A stretch of 64,000 bases of DNA from Thermodesulfobacteriota bacterium (GTDB lineage Bacteria; Desulfobacterota_D; UBA1144; Nemesobacterales; UBA2774): assembly GCA_965216785.1 (NCBI GenBank), contig OZ244197.1, positions 2,144,001 through 2,208,000 on the forward strand, written 5' to 3'. The first letter of the stretch is position 1; each line of letters begins with the position of its first letter. Made by a program: the position numbers and the translations under genes. Under the pieces are notes generated by a model that saw nothing but the letters and a program-made list of their open reading frames with translations, did not search any database and had not been told where the DNA came from. Shown here piece by piece: positions 27,553 to 37,378 of this stretch.

Positions 27553-27832
27553 TTCTTCTTTTGAGTGATCACACACGAAGTGTGACTTACTAAAAGATTG
27601 CAAAAATCACCGACTGGACACTCACAAAGTGAGTTTTTAGAAATGTACCTAAATAACGGGGCTAATTTCGGACAGCATAACGTTATGTAGAAATCGAATG
27701 TCTGCACGCACAGCGTGTACGCTAAAAGTTAATTATTCTGGCGGAACCTTATAATTCCTCCCCACCCGGTATAAGGTTCTTAACGCCATTCTAATTAACC
27801 TTCTTAACGCTATTTATGTATGTCGGAAACTT
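27553..27832 (+). ncRNA. Large structured repeated element, copy 2 (internally shortened)
   Basis: Same 5' stems and same 3' block GCTATTTATGTATGTCGGAA; lacks a ~110-nt module. Confidence 0.5.
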
Positions 27833-28182
27833 AAACACAAAAGAATAAGAAAAAGGATATAGTGCCAGATCAAGTAAGTTCTTGAGTTATAATGTGCCAA
27901 AAGAAACAAATTTACGTGAGTGTTGCTTTTTTAAATAAATCCGACTAATATAATACTAAATAATAGCAAATTTGTATTTGCGGCGGGAATCGGAAGGCGT
28001 GGAACCCTAAATTCGATTAGCCGTTTCGAAGGGGGATGGCGGATGAACAATCATCCCCTTCAGCACTCTGGAGTTACTGCGCATCATATTGGTGTATCCT
28101 GAAAAAGTTTTTCTTAAACGATTGCATCTCAAAACAAGCTCAATATACTTTGAGTATTAAGATTTTTACTAACGGAGGAACT

Positions 28183-28617
28183 ATGTCACGTTATATTGGA
28201 GTATTATTAATCGCGGTAATCGCGCTCTGTGCCTATAACGCGCACGGAGAGGACGGCGTGTTAACGATTAAACCGGGTGTGTATAAGATTACGGGTAAGA
28301 CTACGACGAATCTGGATGAAAAGCCGCAAGTAAAGACTTCGGAGGTTTGCATACCGGTGTCTGAGATTAGACCGGAGACCATGCTGCCCGATAAAGACAC
28401 ATGCACTATTGATAACATTAAGAGCTCGGAGAATAAAGCGAGTTTTGATCTCCAGTGCAAGGGCCCGGACGGGACTTCCTCGCTCAAGGGTAAGGCCGAG
28501 TACAGCACTGCCCAGGATTCTTTTAAATTTAAATTCAACCTTGACGGCGTTACGTCGGGAAAAGAAATAAAAGTTAACTCAGAGGGAAGCGCTAAGCGCA
28601 CGGGCGACTGTCCATAG
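28183..28617 (+). CDS. DUF3617 family secreted protein
   Basis: IKPGVYKIT..CI..C..C..KRTGDC; GGAGG RBS. Confidence 0.85.
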   Translation: MSRYIGVLLIAVIALCAYNAHGEDGVLTIKPGVYKITGKTTTNLDEKPQVKTSEVCIPVSEIRPETMLPDKDTCTIDNIKSSENKASFDLQCKGPDGTSSLKGKAEYSTAQDSFKFKFNLDGVTSGKEIKVNSEGSAKRTGDCP

Positions 28618-28740
28618 GGGTGTACGCAGAGGAATATTCAAACTTCGATTCAAAAAACAGCCGTCCAAAAAAAGATTGAATACCGCATCTTAACTGAATA
28701 TACTTTCACACTAAAATTACTATTTGGGAGGAGAATACAA

Positions 28741-29184
28741 ATGAAGCGCCAATGGCGAGTGGCATTTGCCGCAAGTGCTCTATTAATCTTAGCAGGGGTT
28801 ATGTTCCACAGCGATTCCTGGGCTCAAAACGAGCCGAAAATCAAGCCCGGTAAATATGAGATTATGACCAAGATGAGGTCGAGTCTGGATAACGCGCTTT
28901 CCAAAAAGACAATTGAGAGGTGCATAGAGGGCAATACTATAAACCCGCAGTCGTTCCTGCCCGATCAAGAAAGATGCAACCTGACAAACCTGAAAAAAGA
29001 AGGGAATAAATCGAGCTTTGATATGAAGTGCACTTCACCGAACGGTATGGATCTTACCGGGCATATGGAATACACCGTGCAAGAGACTTCTTTTTCCTAT
29101 AAGTTTCAGCTGCAGGCCCCACATAACGGCGGCACGTTTGAGGTAAACTCCGAAGGCGACGCGAAACGGATAGGGGATTGTTAG
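28741..29184 (+). CDS. DUF3617 family secreted protein
   Basis: IKPGKYEI..KRIGDC. Confidence 0.85.
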   Translation: MKRQWRVAFAASALLILAGVMFHSDSWAQNEPKIKPGKYEIMTKMRSSLDNALSKKTIERCIEGNTINPQSFLPDQERCNLTNLKKEGNKSSFDMKCTSPNGMDLTGHMEYTVQETSFSYKFQLQAPHNGGTFEVNSEGDAKRIGDC

Positions 29185-29247
29185 AAATACCATGTTCCCG
29201 GCAATAGTTAAAGCCGGTTTGTAAACAGATATGAGGGGGTTTTAATA

Positions 29248-29694
29248 ATGTCAAATTACCGAAATATTCTAATTGCCGGAGCTATGCTCCTGTGCTTTAT
29301 GTACGGCTCTTCTTGGGCTGAGGAATATAAAAGTATAAAAATCCAGCCTGGAAACTATGAGTTTACGGAAACAAGCTCGTCCACCCAAAACCCTGATGAA
29401 GTGGTCAAAAAGACAGACAACTGCGTGAAGAACGATGAGATCGAACCCGCGAGCAAGATGGCCGAAAGAGATGGGTGTGAGATAAGTAACTATAAGAGCA
29501 AGGACAACGCGCTCAGTTTTGATTTTGTTTGTAAGAATGTAAAAGCGTCTAGCACCACCAGCGGCTCGATCGAGTACGTCGTGTCGGGTGAAGAAATTTC
29601 CTGGAAAAAGGCTATTAAGACAGAGTTTGAGGAAGGCGGGGATTTTTCAGTGAAATCAGCCGGAAAGGCGGTAAGAAAAGGAAACTGCAGCTAA
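29248..29694 (+). CDS. DUF3617 family secreted protein
   Basis: IQPGNYEF..RKGNC. Confidence 0.82.
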   Translation: MSNYRNILIAGAMLLCFMYGSSWAEEYKSIKIQPGNYEFTETSSSTQNPDEVVKKTDNCVKNDEIEPASKMAERDGCEISNYKSKDNALSFDFVCKNVKASSTTSGSIEYVVSGEEISWKKAIKTEFEEGGDFSVKSAGKAVRKGNCS

Positions 29695-29713
29695 ATTTTG
29701 CTGCGCTGAAAGG

Positions 29714-30193
29714 ATGGAGAAGCTAAAAATGAGGAATTTAATGCTAATGACCGCGCTGATTGTGCTGTCACAGCTTGCGTTTACGGACGCGCGGGCCCAA
29801 GACGCCAAGCTGCCGATAACCCCTGGAATGTATACGGTCACGAGCAAAACTAGCTCGAACCTGAATCCCGAACCTAAAGTCAAGATTATAGACATATGTA
29901 TTGATGATAACGTCTTAGACCCGAGCGATTATCTCCCGAGCGTCGCGCAGTGCTCACTGGATAATGTGAAAAAAGACGGGAACAAAGCCAATTTCGATAT
30001 TGCTTGCAAGAGTACGAAGCGATCGGAAGACGGCTCTCCGGGAATGCCGGAGATGAATGGCAAGGGAGACTGCAGCACTACTGATTCCGGGCTTTACTGC
30101 CACTTTCAGATGATCCTGCCGCTGCAGGGTAAGGAGTTTACAATAGATTCCGTAAGAGAGGGGAGGCGTATCGGGGAGTGCCCCGAACTCTAG
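29714..30193 (+). CDS. DUF3617 family secreted protein
   Basis: ITPGMYTV..RRIGEC. Confidence 0.82.
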   Translation: MEKLKMRNLMLMTALIVLSQLAFTDARAQDAKLPITPGMYTVTSKTSSNLNPEPKVKIIDICIDDNVLDPSDYLPSVAQCSLDNVKKDGNKANFDIACKSTKRSEDGSPGMPEMNGKGDCSTTDSGLYCHFQMILPLQGKEFTIDSVREGRRIGECPEL

Positions 30194-30297
30194 CAGCTCG
30201 CTTGATTTAAATTTTCCGCGAATACACTGAAATGGCCGCTTATTTTAAGGTGGTGAAGATCAGCCGCTGAGCTTTCTCGCAATAATTACTTCGGATA

Positions 30298-30330
30298 TAA
30301 AAAAGGGAGCGTTTTAAGCTCCCTTTTTTT
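30298..30330. terminator. Bidirectional intrinsic terminator
   Basis: A-run, GGGAGC/GCTCCC stem, T-run. Confidence 0.85.
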
Positions 30331-30426
30331 CTTTTGTTTGGTTTTTATTTCAGCTTTTATAAGCTGTTATTTTGGCTCTTCCTCTCTCCCCTCGCCAATG
30401 AGTAGATTGTCAGTATAAAAGACAAT

Positions 30427-30459
30427 CTAGTCTGGTGGAACGTCACCATAATTTTCCAT
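30427..30459 (-). CDS. Candidate 10-aa micro-ORF MENYGDVPPD
   Basis: AGGAGG RBS at 30467-30472; consensus promoter upstream; terminator downstream. Confidence 0.5.
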   Translation of the reverse strand: MENYGDVPPD

Positions 30460-30493
30460 TTTTATACCTCCTATTCACCTACCACTTATTAAT

Positions 30494-30523
30494 ATTATAG
30501 GGGATTTCGGGCTCGCCTGTCAA
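30494..30523 (-). promoter_or_regulatory. Consensus sigma-70 promoter TTGACA-N18-TATAAT
   Basis: TGTCAA at 30518-30523 and ATTATA at 30494-30499 on the + strand. Confidence 0.75.
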
Positions 30524-30729
30524 TAGGTTTTATGGGCCCCGGATTAAATGCTTTATCGGTGGAAGGTTATGGCGGAATTCTGTCGGTTTTCCGCTGTAAA
30601 TTGCTTGATTTACGGGCTGAAATCATACTTTGAGCACTTTATATGTACAGGCTTTGACATTGATCGCGGAATTATGAGATAATAGGAATTCGATACATAA
30701 CATACTCTAAAACGGTAGGAGGGTAACAG

Positions 30730-31839
30730 ATGAAAACGATAGCCGCAATCGCGTGGGAGCCGGAGAAAGATCTTGTCATAGATGAAGTGGAACTGGAGGG
30801 TCCTAAAGAGGGCGAAGTGTTATGCCGTATGCACGCAACGGGCGTATGCCATACGGACGCTTATACGCTCTCGGGCATCGACCCGGAAGGAGTATTCCCC
30901 GTGATACTGGGCCATGAGGGGGGAGCTGTTGTAGAGGATGTTGGACCCGGGGTAACCACAATAAAGCCCGGGGACCACGTAGTGCCGCTCTACATTCCCG
31001 AGTGCAGGCAGTGTAAGTACTGTCTTTCGGGAAAAACGAACCTGTGTCAGGCAGTGAGGGACACCCAGGGCAGAGGGCTTATGCCCGACGGTACGACCAG
31101 GTTTTCAAAGGACGGCAAGACTATATATAACTACATGGGTACTTCGACATTCTCAGAGTACTCGGTAATACCCGAAATCTCGCTCGCCGTGGTGAGTAAA
31201 GAGGCGCCGCTGGATAAGGTGTGTCTTTTGGGCTGCGGGATTACTACAGGCATAGGCGCTGTGCTTAACACCGCGAAGGTAAAGCCGGGCTCTACAGTCG
31301 CTGTATTTGGACTCGGCTGCATAGGGCTTTCGGTGATTCAGGGCGCGGTGATGGCCAAGGCGGAGAGGATAATAGCCGTTGACGTGAACGAGGATAAATT
31401 TGAGATCGCGGGCCAGCTGGGCGCGACCGACTTCGTGAACCCAGCGTCATCGTCAGAGCCCGTGCAGAACGTAATCGTAGAGATGACGGACGGAGGGGTG
31501 GATTACTCCTTTGAGTGTGTGGGCGAGGTGGACGTTATGCGCTCCGCCCTTGAGTGCTGTCACAAGGGATGGGGCGAGTCGACGATCATAGGGGTTGCCG
31601 GGGCCGGAAAGGAGATTTCTACGCGTCCTTTTCAGCTCGTTACGGGCAGAGTGTGGAGAGGCACAGCGTTCGGAGGCGTAAAGGGGCGCTCCGAGCTTTC
31701 GGGAATTGTGGACGAGTACATGGACGGGAAGATAATGATCGATGAGCTCGTGAGCTATGAGCTTCCCTTAGAGAAGATAAACGAGGCTTTTCACTTGATG
31801 CACGAGGGAAAGAGCATAAGGAGCGTTATACGTTATTAA
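30730..31839 (+). CDS. frmA: S-(hydroxymethyl)glutathione dehydrogenase / class III alcohol dehydrogenase
   Basis: [16 protein letters not shown], structural Zn CxxCxx[22 protein letters not shown]. Confidence 0.97.
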   Translation: MKTIAAIAWEPEKDLVIDEVELEGPKEGEVLCRMHATGVCHTDAYTLSGIDPEGVFPVILGHEGGAVVEDVGPGVTTIKPGDHVVPLYIPECRQCKYCLSGKTNLCQAVRDTQGRGLMPDGTTRFSKDGKTIYNYMGTSTFSEYSVIPEISLAVVSKEAPLDKVCLLGCGITTGIGAVLNTAKVKPGSTVAVFGLGCIGLSVIQGAVMAKAERIIAVDVNEDKFEIAGQLGATDFVNPASSSEPVQNVIVEMTDGGVDYSFECVGEVDVMRSALECCHKGWGESTIIGVAGAGKEISTRPFQLVTGRVWRGTAFGGVKGRSELSGIVDEYMDGKIMIDELVSYELPLEKINEAFHLMHEGKSIRSVIRY

Positions 31840-31848
31840 ATTGATGAC

Positions 31849-32697
31849 ATGTATTTGATTGAGCTTATAAAGTCGCATAAATCCTTCGGGGGCAGAGTGG
31901 ATTATTTCTCGCACCCCTCAAAGGCCACGGGGACCGACATGAAGTTCTCGGTGTTCAGGCCTGTTGTAGAGAAGCATAATGACGTGCCGGTGATGTTCTG
32001 GCTTTCGGGGCTTACGTGTAATGAAGAGAATTTTATCACTAAAGCCGGTGTAGAGAGGTGGGCCTCTGAGTACGGGATGATGATCGTGTGTCCGGACACG
32101 AGCCCCAGGGGCCTTAATCTTCCAGGGGAGCACGACTCCTGGGACTTCGGCTCGGGCGCGGGTTTTTACGTAAACGCGGCGTGCGAACCCTGGCGCAGGT
32201 ACTACAGGATGTACGACTACACGGCAAAGGAGCTCCCGGCTGTAATCGATGCGAACTTTAATGCTGACATGGAGCGAGTAGCAATATCGGGCCACTCGAT
32301 GGGAGGGCACGGAGCGCTGGTGCTGGGGCTCAGAAACCCCGAGCTTTACAGGTCTATATCCGCATTCTCACCCATTTCGGCCCCTTCCGCGTGCCCCTGG
32401 GGCCAGAAGGCGTTTACGAACTATCTGGGTGAGGACAAAGAGCTATGGAAGCAGTATGACGCCTCTGAGATTATCAAAACAGTTAAGGTGAGGACACCAG
32501 TGCTGATAGACCAGGGTACGAACGATGAGTTTTTGGACGAGCAGCTAAAGCCTGAGATATTTCTCCATGCCGCGGAGGAGGCCGGATACCCGGTGAAGCT
32601 GAGGATGCAGGAGGGATATGACCACAGCTATTACTTTATCGCGACATTTATAAAGGAGCACATAGAGTTTCACACTAAGAACCTGAGCCGGGTGTGA
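31849..32697 (+). CDS. fghA: S-formylglutathione hydrolase
   Basis: WLSGLTCNEENF, PDTSPRG, GHSMGG, GYDHSYYFI; adjacent to frmA. Confidence 0.97.
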   Translation: MYLIELIKSHKSFGGRVDYFSHPSKATGTDMKFSVFRPVVEKHNDVPVMFWLSGLTCNEENFITKAGVERWASEYGMMIVCPDTSPRGLNLPGEHDSWDFGSGAGFYVNAACEPWRRYYRMYDYTAKELPAVIDANFNADMERVAISGHSMGGHGALVLGLRNPELYRSISAFSPISAPSACPWGQKAFTNYLGEDKELWKQYDASEIIKTVKVRTPVLIDQGTNDEFLDEQLKPEIFLHAAEEAGYPVKLRMQEGYDHSYYFIATFIKEHIEFHTKNLSRV

Positions 32698-32766
32698 AGC
32701 CTTGCGGCTACTCTCGTAACACGAGTAGATATATCTTTCCAAGCGGTTCGGGTACGATAAAAAATC

Positions 32767-33273
32767 ATGAGTAATTTTCTTTCCTATATCACTCTCAGGA
32801 CTGTTATAAATAATTTTGTGGTAGCTGTCATCGCCTATGTCCTCGGTTATTATTTTACCTCTCTCTTCCATGCGGGCTCTGCCGAGATCGGCGGTCTGTG
32901 GTCGGTAATATCGGGCGTATTTGTGGTCGAGGACCGTAAACTCGACACCGTGGGGTCGGCGCGCTCAAGGATTGTCGGCACCTTTATAGGGGTAGCTATA
33001 AGCGGGGTGTACCTCTATCTATTTCCCTTCAACGTGTTTGGCTTTGCCGCCTGCATAGCCTTGGGCGTTACAGTCTGCAAGCTATTCGGAGTGATTAAAT
33101 ACCTTAAGCTTGTGGGCATAACTATTTCAGTCGTTATGATCGTCTCGATTGTCGATAAGGAGATCGCCCCCTTTATGAACGCTGCTCTAAGGTTCGTTGA
33201 ATCTATAATAGGAACGGTTGTCGCTCTGATCGTAGTGCATCTTTCGGACTTGGTGTATTCGGATAAGGAGTAG
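32767..33273 (+). CDS. FUSC / aromatic acid exporter-like membrane protein
   Basis: W.VIS..V, SRIVGTFIG and LRFVESIIG motifs. Confidence 0.8.
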   Translation: MSNFLSYITLRTVINNFVVAVIAYVLGYYFTSLFHAGSAEIGGLWSVISGVFVVEDRKLDTVGSARSRIVGTFIGVAISGVYLYLFPFNVFGFAACIALGVTVCKLFGVIKYLKLVGITISVVMIVSIVDKEIAPFMNAALRFVESIIGTVVALIVVHLSDLVYSDKE

Positions 33274-33290
33274 CAGGGATATAGGCGTCT

Positions 33291-34025
33291 TTACGGTCTG
33301 ATAATCATAATCGAGCCTATGACTATGAGCAGTATGAGGACGGAGAGGCGGAATTTTTCTTCTGAAAGGTGGCGGCGGAGGATGCTTCCGAGGAAAATGC
33401 CCGCCGAGGCCGGGATGACGGCAAATACCGAATATACGATTACACCCGGATCGAACATGTTAAAGGTGTGAAGGAAGAATATGAGCACTATCCCCGAGAG
33501 TGTGAACCCTAGGTTAATGGCGTTTATGAGACCGTTCATGTCCTGTTTGAGCGCGAGCAGGTAGGGGAGCATCGGCATTACCTGAGTGCCTGTCAGACCG
33601 TTTAACACCCCGTTGGCGAGCCCGATGGGGAAAGAGTAGTATTTCTCCTGGCCCCTGGGCACCGATACCTGAACATTAAACAGCATGAGAACAGAATATA
33701 TAACGGCTGAAGCCCCGAGCGCCATTCGGGAAACCTGGTTACCCGCGGTGCTCAACAGATGCACGCCTATGTATAGCCCTGGAAAAGCGCTGATGTACAG
33801 GAGCCAGAACCTCTTTACACTCTGAGCGAGCCTCCCGGTCTGGATGATAATGATAATATTTGAGGCGAACGAGGGGATGATTATGAGCGGTATGGCCTGG
33901 TGAATGGGGATGAAGCTCGTAACTACGGGAAGAGTGAGGATAGCGAATCCGAGCCCCGTAATGCCTTTTACGAATGAGGCGGCGAAGAAAGTCGCGTAGA
34001 TTATGACTATGAGCTCGGTGTCCAT
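33291..34025 (-). CDS. Sulfite exporter TauE/SafE family
   Basis: FVKGITGLGF, GVLNGLTG; about 8 TM helices. Confidence 0.88.
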   Translation of the reverse strand: MDTELIVIIYATFFAASFVKGITGLGFAILTLPVVTSFIPIHQAIPLIIIPSFASNIIIIIQTGRLAQSVKRFWLLYISAFPGLYIGVHLLSTAGNQVSRMALGASAVIYSVLMLFNVQVSVPRGQEKYYSFPIGLANGVLNGLTGTQVMPMLPYLLALKQDMNGLINAINLGFTLSGIVLIFFLHTFNMFDPGVIVYSVFAVIPASAGIFLGSILRRHLSEEKFRLSVLILLIVIGSIMIIRP

Positions 34026-34277
34026 GAGTACCCGTGAAAACTGTATTATATAGTTTAACCGGGCAAAGCGGTACGCAGGATTTCTATATTCAGGAGCTTG
34101 TTTAACTTTATATATTATAATATCAGTGAAAGCTTGACACATCAGGCCAGGATATATTAGAATTGCCGTATAGGTGGTATGTGGCCTATTGCCGCATTTG
34201 AGAAGCATAACACTATAAAGTTAAATTACCGCTTTGAGAGTCTCGGATTGAAAAAACTAGTTAAGGAGGTTGGTGCT

Positions 34278-34784
34278 ATGATCAGAGTTAAAGAGGTGAG
34301 TGTATTTGTATCTGCGTTTTTTGTCGCGTCGATGCTACTTTGCGCGGGATTGGTGAGTGGAGCTTTCGCGCACGAAGTGGAAGTCGTGGTGGAGGAGGTT
34401 GAAGTTGAGGTAATCGAATGTACTTCTCAAGAAGGGGTTCCATGCACGCAGATGTGCGGGCCTAGCGTAGTAAACGAATTTAAAGCCGGCGGCGCGGTTT
34501 ATACCGAAATGTCCCAGAGCCGTCAGGTAAATATGCTGAGCGCGACGTCTATTGATTTTACGGCCCCTTGCATACAGGGCTCAAAGGCGGTTAGCGGCGG
34601 TTATGTATTCCTGCCTGATGGGTCAACTATCGATATGGACGAAATAAGGATTACCTCGCAGCGCCCGCAAAACGACATTGCTTCGCTGAATAGCTCTTGG
34701 TTAGTGTCGATTTACCGTGAGCACAGTGGTAACGTGGACAACTGCCTAAACGTTGAAGTCCGCGCCCTTTGCGTGAAGGAATGA
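34278..34784 (+). CDS. Secreted Cys-containing hypothetical protein
   Basis: AAGGAGG RBS; signal peptide; C..G.KAVSGGY..ALC. Confidence 0.7.
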   Translation: MIRVKEVSVFVSAFFVASMLLCAGLVSGAFAHEVEVVVEEVEVEVIECTSQEGVPCTQMCGPSVVNEFKAGGAVYTEMSQSRQVNMLSATSIDFTAPCIQGSKAVSGGYVFLPDGSTIDMDEIRITSQRPQNDIASLNSSWLVSIYREHSGNVDNCLNVEVRALCVKE

Positions 34785-34821
34785 TGTAAATACAATTAAC
34801 CAAAAAAGAGAAAAAGATAAA

Positions 34822-34867
34822 ACGCCCGCTCGTCCTTTGAGAACATCCGGATGAGCGGGTTTTTTTT
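34822..34867 (+). terminator. Intrinsic terminator
   Basis: CCCGCTC/GAGCGGG stem followed by a long T-run. Confidence 0.7.
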
Positions 34868-34975
34868 ATCACCCCCATCCTAGCCTTCCCCCTTCACGGG
34901 AGAAGGAAGAACAAGGGAGATTGTATGGCCGGGTGGATTGTGATAGATTGTGAGAAAGAAACGCGGAGGGCGACC

Positions 34976-35443
34976 ATGCGACACATGAGAGCTTTAGCAC
35001 TGACAATCGCAATATTCAGTTTTCTCGTACTACCAGCTCAGGCGGAGCACGTAGTAGACGATTCCTACAGTTACCAGTTTGTCCTGAGCGGCGATACCGG
35101 ATCGCTGAAAGACGGGAAGATTACGCTGAACGGTGTGCCTGTCGTGACATTCTATTCGCTCGGCGCCGAAAGGGGCGACGGGCATTTCTTTGTTAAGAGC
35201 TTTGTGGAAGTGTGGAATAATAACGCGCGGATTTTCGAGAAAGACCCTCCGAACGGCACGCTTTCAGTGCTCAGCGACAAGGGCTCTTCAGGTGCGGTAG
35301 TAGAGTTGTCCGAGCCCTCGGCCACGCTGAATAGCATTACCTTTAAGGCGCGTGTGCTAGAGGGCGGGCTGCCACAGGAGTTTGGCTCCTCTACGTTATT
35401 TTTAAGGCTTACACTGAATGAGTATCTTAAGACTCAGGAGTGA
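34976..35443 (+). CDS. Secreted hypothetical protein (paralog of 52176-52649)
   Basis: DPPNGTLSVL and FKARVLEG..FG..TLF shared. Confidence 0.8.
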   Translation: MRHMRALALTIAIFSFLVLPAQAEHVVDDSYSYQFVLSGDTGSLKDGKITLNGVPVVTFYSLGAERGDGHFFVKSFVEVWNNNARIFEKDPPNGTLSVLSDKGSSGAVVELSEPSATLNSITFKARVLEGGLPQEFGSSTLFLRLTLNEYLKTQE

Positions 35444-35500
35444 TTTCCATTCGGATAAGATCCGTCTTGAGGGTGCTACACTAAACGAATACATGAATTA

Positions 35501-35886
35501 CTTCTTTTGCATGATCACACACGAAGTGTGAATTACTAAAAGATTACAAAAATCACCGACTGAACACTAACAAGGTGAGTTTTTACAAATGCGCCCTAAG
35601 GACTGAGTAAATTTCTGTCTGCGCGGTATATTGTAGAAACCGTTTGTCAGCACGCACAGCGTGTACGCTAAAAATGAATGTAGTTGTATGATCCTTATAA
35701 TTCCACCCACACCCCGTATAAGGTTTTTAACGCGGACACAGAGTGTCCATTCATACGGTTTCTGCGAAGCTAATAAGTTAGGACAAATAGAAGAGGTTCT
35801 TATGAACCTGAAAAGGAATAGAGAAACAGTATGCCTGCGGGCTCTGCCCGCATTTTCTTTGCGCTATTTATGTATGTCGGAAACTT
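35501..35886 (+). ncRNA. Large structured repeated element, copy 3
   Basis: Colinear with copy 1 over ~385 nt; lies between convergent genes. Confidence 0.55.
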
Positions 35887-35979
35887 TTCACCCTACGGGT
35901 GATTTAGCCTAGTTGCAGTTATATTAGACCTAGAGATTATTTAGAACTTTCCCGGAATAATAGCCGCTGCTAAATTAGT

Positions 35980-36012
35980 AAGAGGGGGGAGCCAGTTGGC
36001 TCCCCCCTCTTT
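35980..36012. terminator. Strong hairpin, likely terminator
   Basis: AAGAGGGGG(G)AGCCA/TGGCTCCCCCCTCTT inverted repeat after the 36023 stop. Confidence 0.7.
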
Positions 36013-36022
36013 GGTTTTCAAG

Positions 36023-37069
36023 TTAAACTCTTGAGCCTGAAGCGATTAACCTTCTTAGAGCAATAAATAGAAACGGAACTAACAGCAGCAGGTAAGGGAA
36101 CGAGTATTCTTCACCTGCCCGGGCAAGCGAGCAGTCACTGTTTGAGAAATTACCCGGTTTGAAAGCCATATCTGTCGGACCGTCCAGTCCGCCTGAGGCC
36201 GCTGTAATAAAAACTCGTAAAAACGCCCCGTTAGTCCTTGAGTATTCAAGCACTTCGTCCGTGTTAAAGCTGCAGACAAATACCTGTCCGCCGCCTTGCT
36301 GCCCGCGGCTTAAGCACGTGGGACCGTCGAGCCCGCCTGAGGCCGCTGTAACGAAGGCGCCAAGAAACGCCCCGTTTCCTTTATTATAGTTAAGCACCTC
36401 GTCTGTATCGAAACTTGTTACCAAGAGGTTGTTGTTATGAATGAGGAGCGCGTTGGGAGAGCTGAGGCCTCCTGATCCCGCTGTTACGAGCACCTGTACG
36501 AAATCCCCGGTAGAAGGGTTATACTCTATAACCTCGTTAGTCTCCTGGCTTGCTACAAGCAGTTTGTTGCCGGTGAAAACAAGCGCTGTGGGACCGTCCA
36601 GTCCCCCCGAGCCCGCGGTAACGAAAGCTTCGATGAAATCACCGGTGTTACCGTTGTAGCGGAGTATCTCGTCAGTACCGAAGCTCGCGACGTATAGATC
36701 GCCGCCAGGGCCGAACTCAAAATCCGTCGGGACCTCGAGACCGCCCAAGCCTGCTGTTACGAATGCGTCTATCAGCGTTCCTGAGGCGCCTTCATAAACG
36801 AGAATTTCATCGGTTCCGGCGCTGCTGATAAAGGTTTCTTCGCGCCCGTTAATGAATATGCTCTCAGGCATCATAAGCTGGCCGAACTGGGTGAACGGTT
36901 TTACGAATGCACCTGTTAAAGGGTCATACTCAAGCGCTCTGTCATTATTGAAGCTGTTTATAATAAGTCCCGAAGCAAGAACAGCTCCGGTAGACGAAAA
37001 CACAATGACAAGGGCAAAGCACAAATGTAAAACTGAACTGCGGAAATTATGGAATCTTCCACTAATCAT
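36023..37069 (-). CDS. Beta-propeller (NHL/Vgb-like) repeat surface protein with Cys-type C-terminal anchor
   Basis: Repeats FVTAGSGGLDGPT..TDEVLxY; tail DCSLA..FPYLLL-TM-RR. Confidence 0.85.
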   Translation of the reverse strand: MISGRFHNFRSSVLHLCFALVIVFSSTGAVLASGLIINSFNNDRALEYDPLTGAFVKPFTQFGQLMMPESIFINGREETFISSAGTDEILVYEGASGTLIDAFVTAGLGGLEVPTDFEFGPGGDLYVASFGTDEILRYNGNTGDFIEAFVTAGSGGLDGPTALVFTGNKLLVASQETNEVIEYNPSTGDFVQVLVTAGSGGLSSPNALLIHNNNLLVTSFDTDEVLNYNKGNGAFLGAFVTAASGGLDGPTCLSRGQQGGGQVFVCSFNTDEVLEYSRTNGAFLRVFITAASGGLDGPTDMAFKPGNFSNSDCSLARAGEEYSFPYLLLLVPFLFIALRRLIASGSRV

Positions 37070-37378
37070 CCTTACACCTCCGATATTTAGTTGTAAATTA
37101 AAAACCCACCGGCTTCTCTCTCAAGCCATATCCACACAATGCCTTTTTGACAATAGTACTGAGCTAATGTTAAGGAATTGTGAAGATCATATATACCATC
37201 TATTCCCATACTAACCTATATATTAACAATTATCTACTGTTATTATTTATCATTATTTCCTTTTGTCGGACTGTGGGGATTGCCCTCTACAGCATGCTGA
37301 TCGGACTTGTTTGTGAAGGTTGGCAAGAAATATCTGAATCTTTTTTAACGTTATCCCTCTCTATAGTACATAGAGGGC

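Noticed and set aside
30330-30460. tmRNA tag region or pyrrolysine recoding
   Set aside because: No tRNA-like ends or LAA tag, and no pyl genes in the window. Read-through is kept only as a hypothesis.
35884-35903. TTCACCCTACGGGTGA resembling the 18-kb iteron junction
   Set aside because: Single short match present at only one element copy; plausibly chance.
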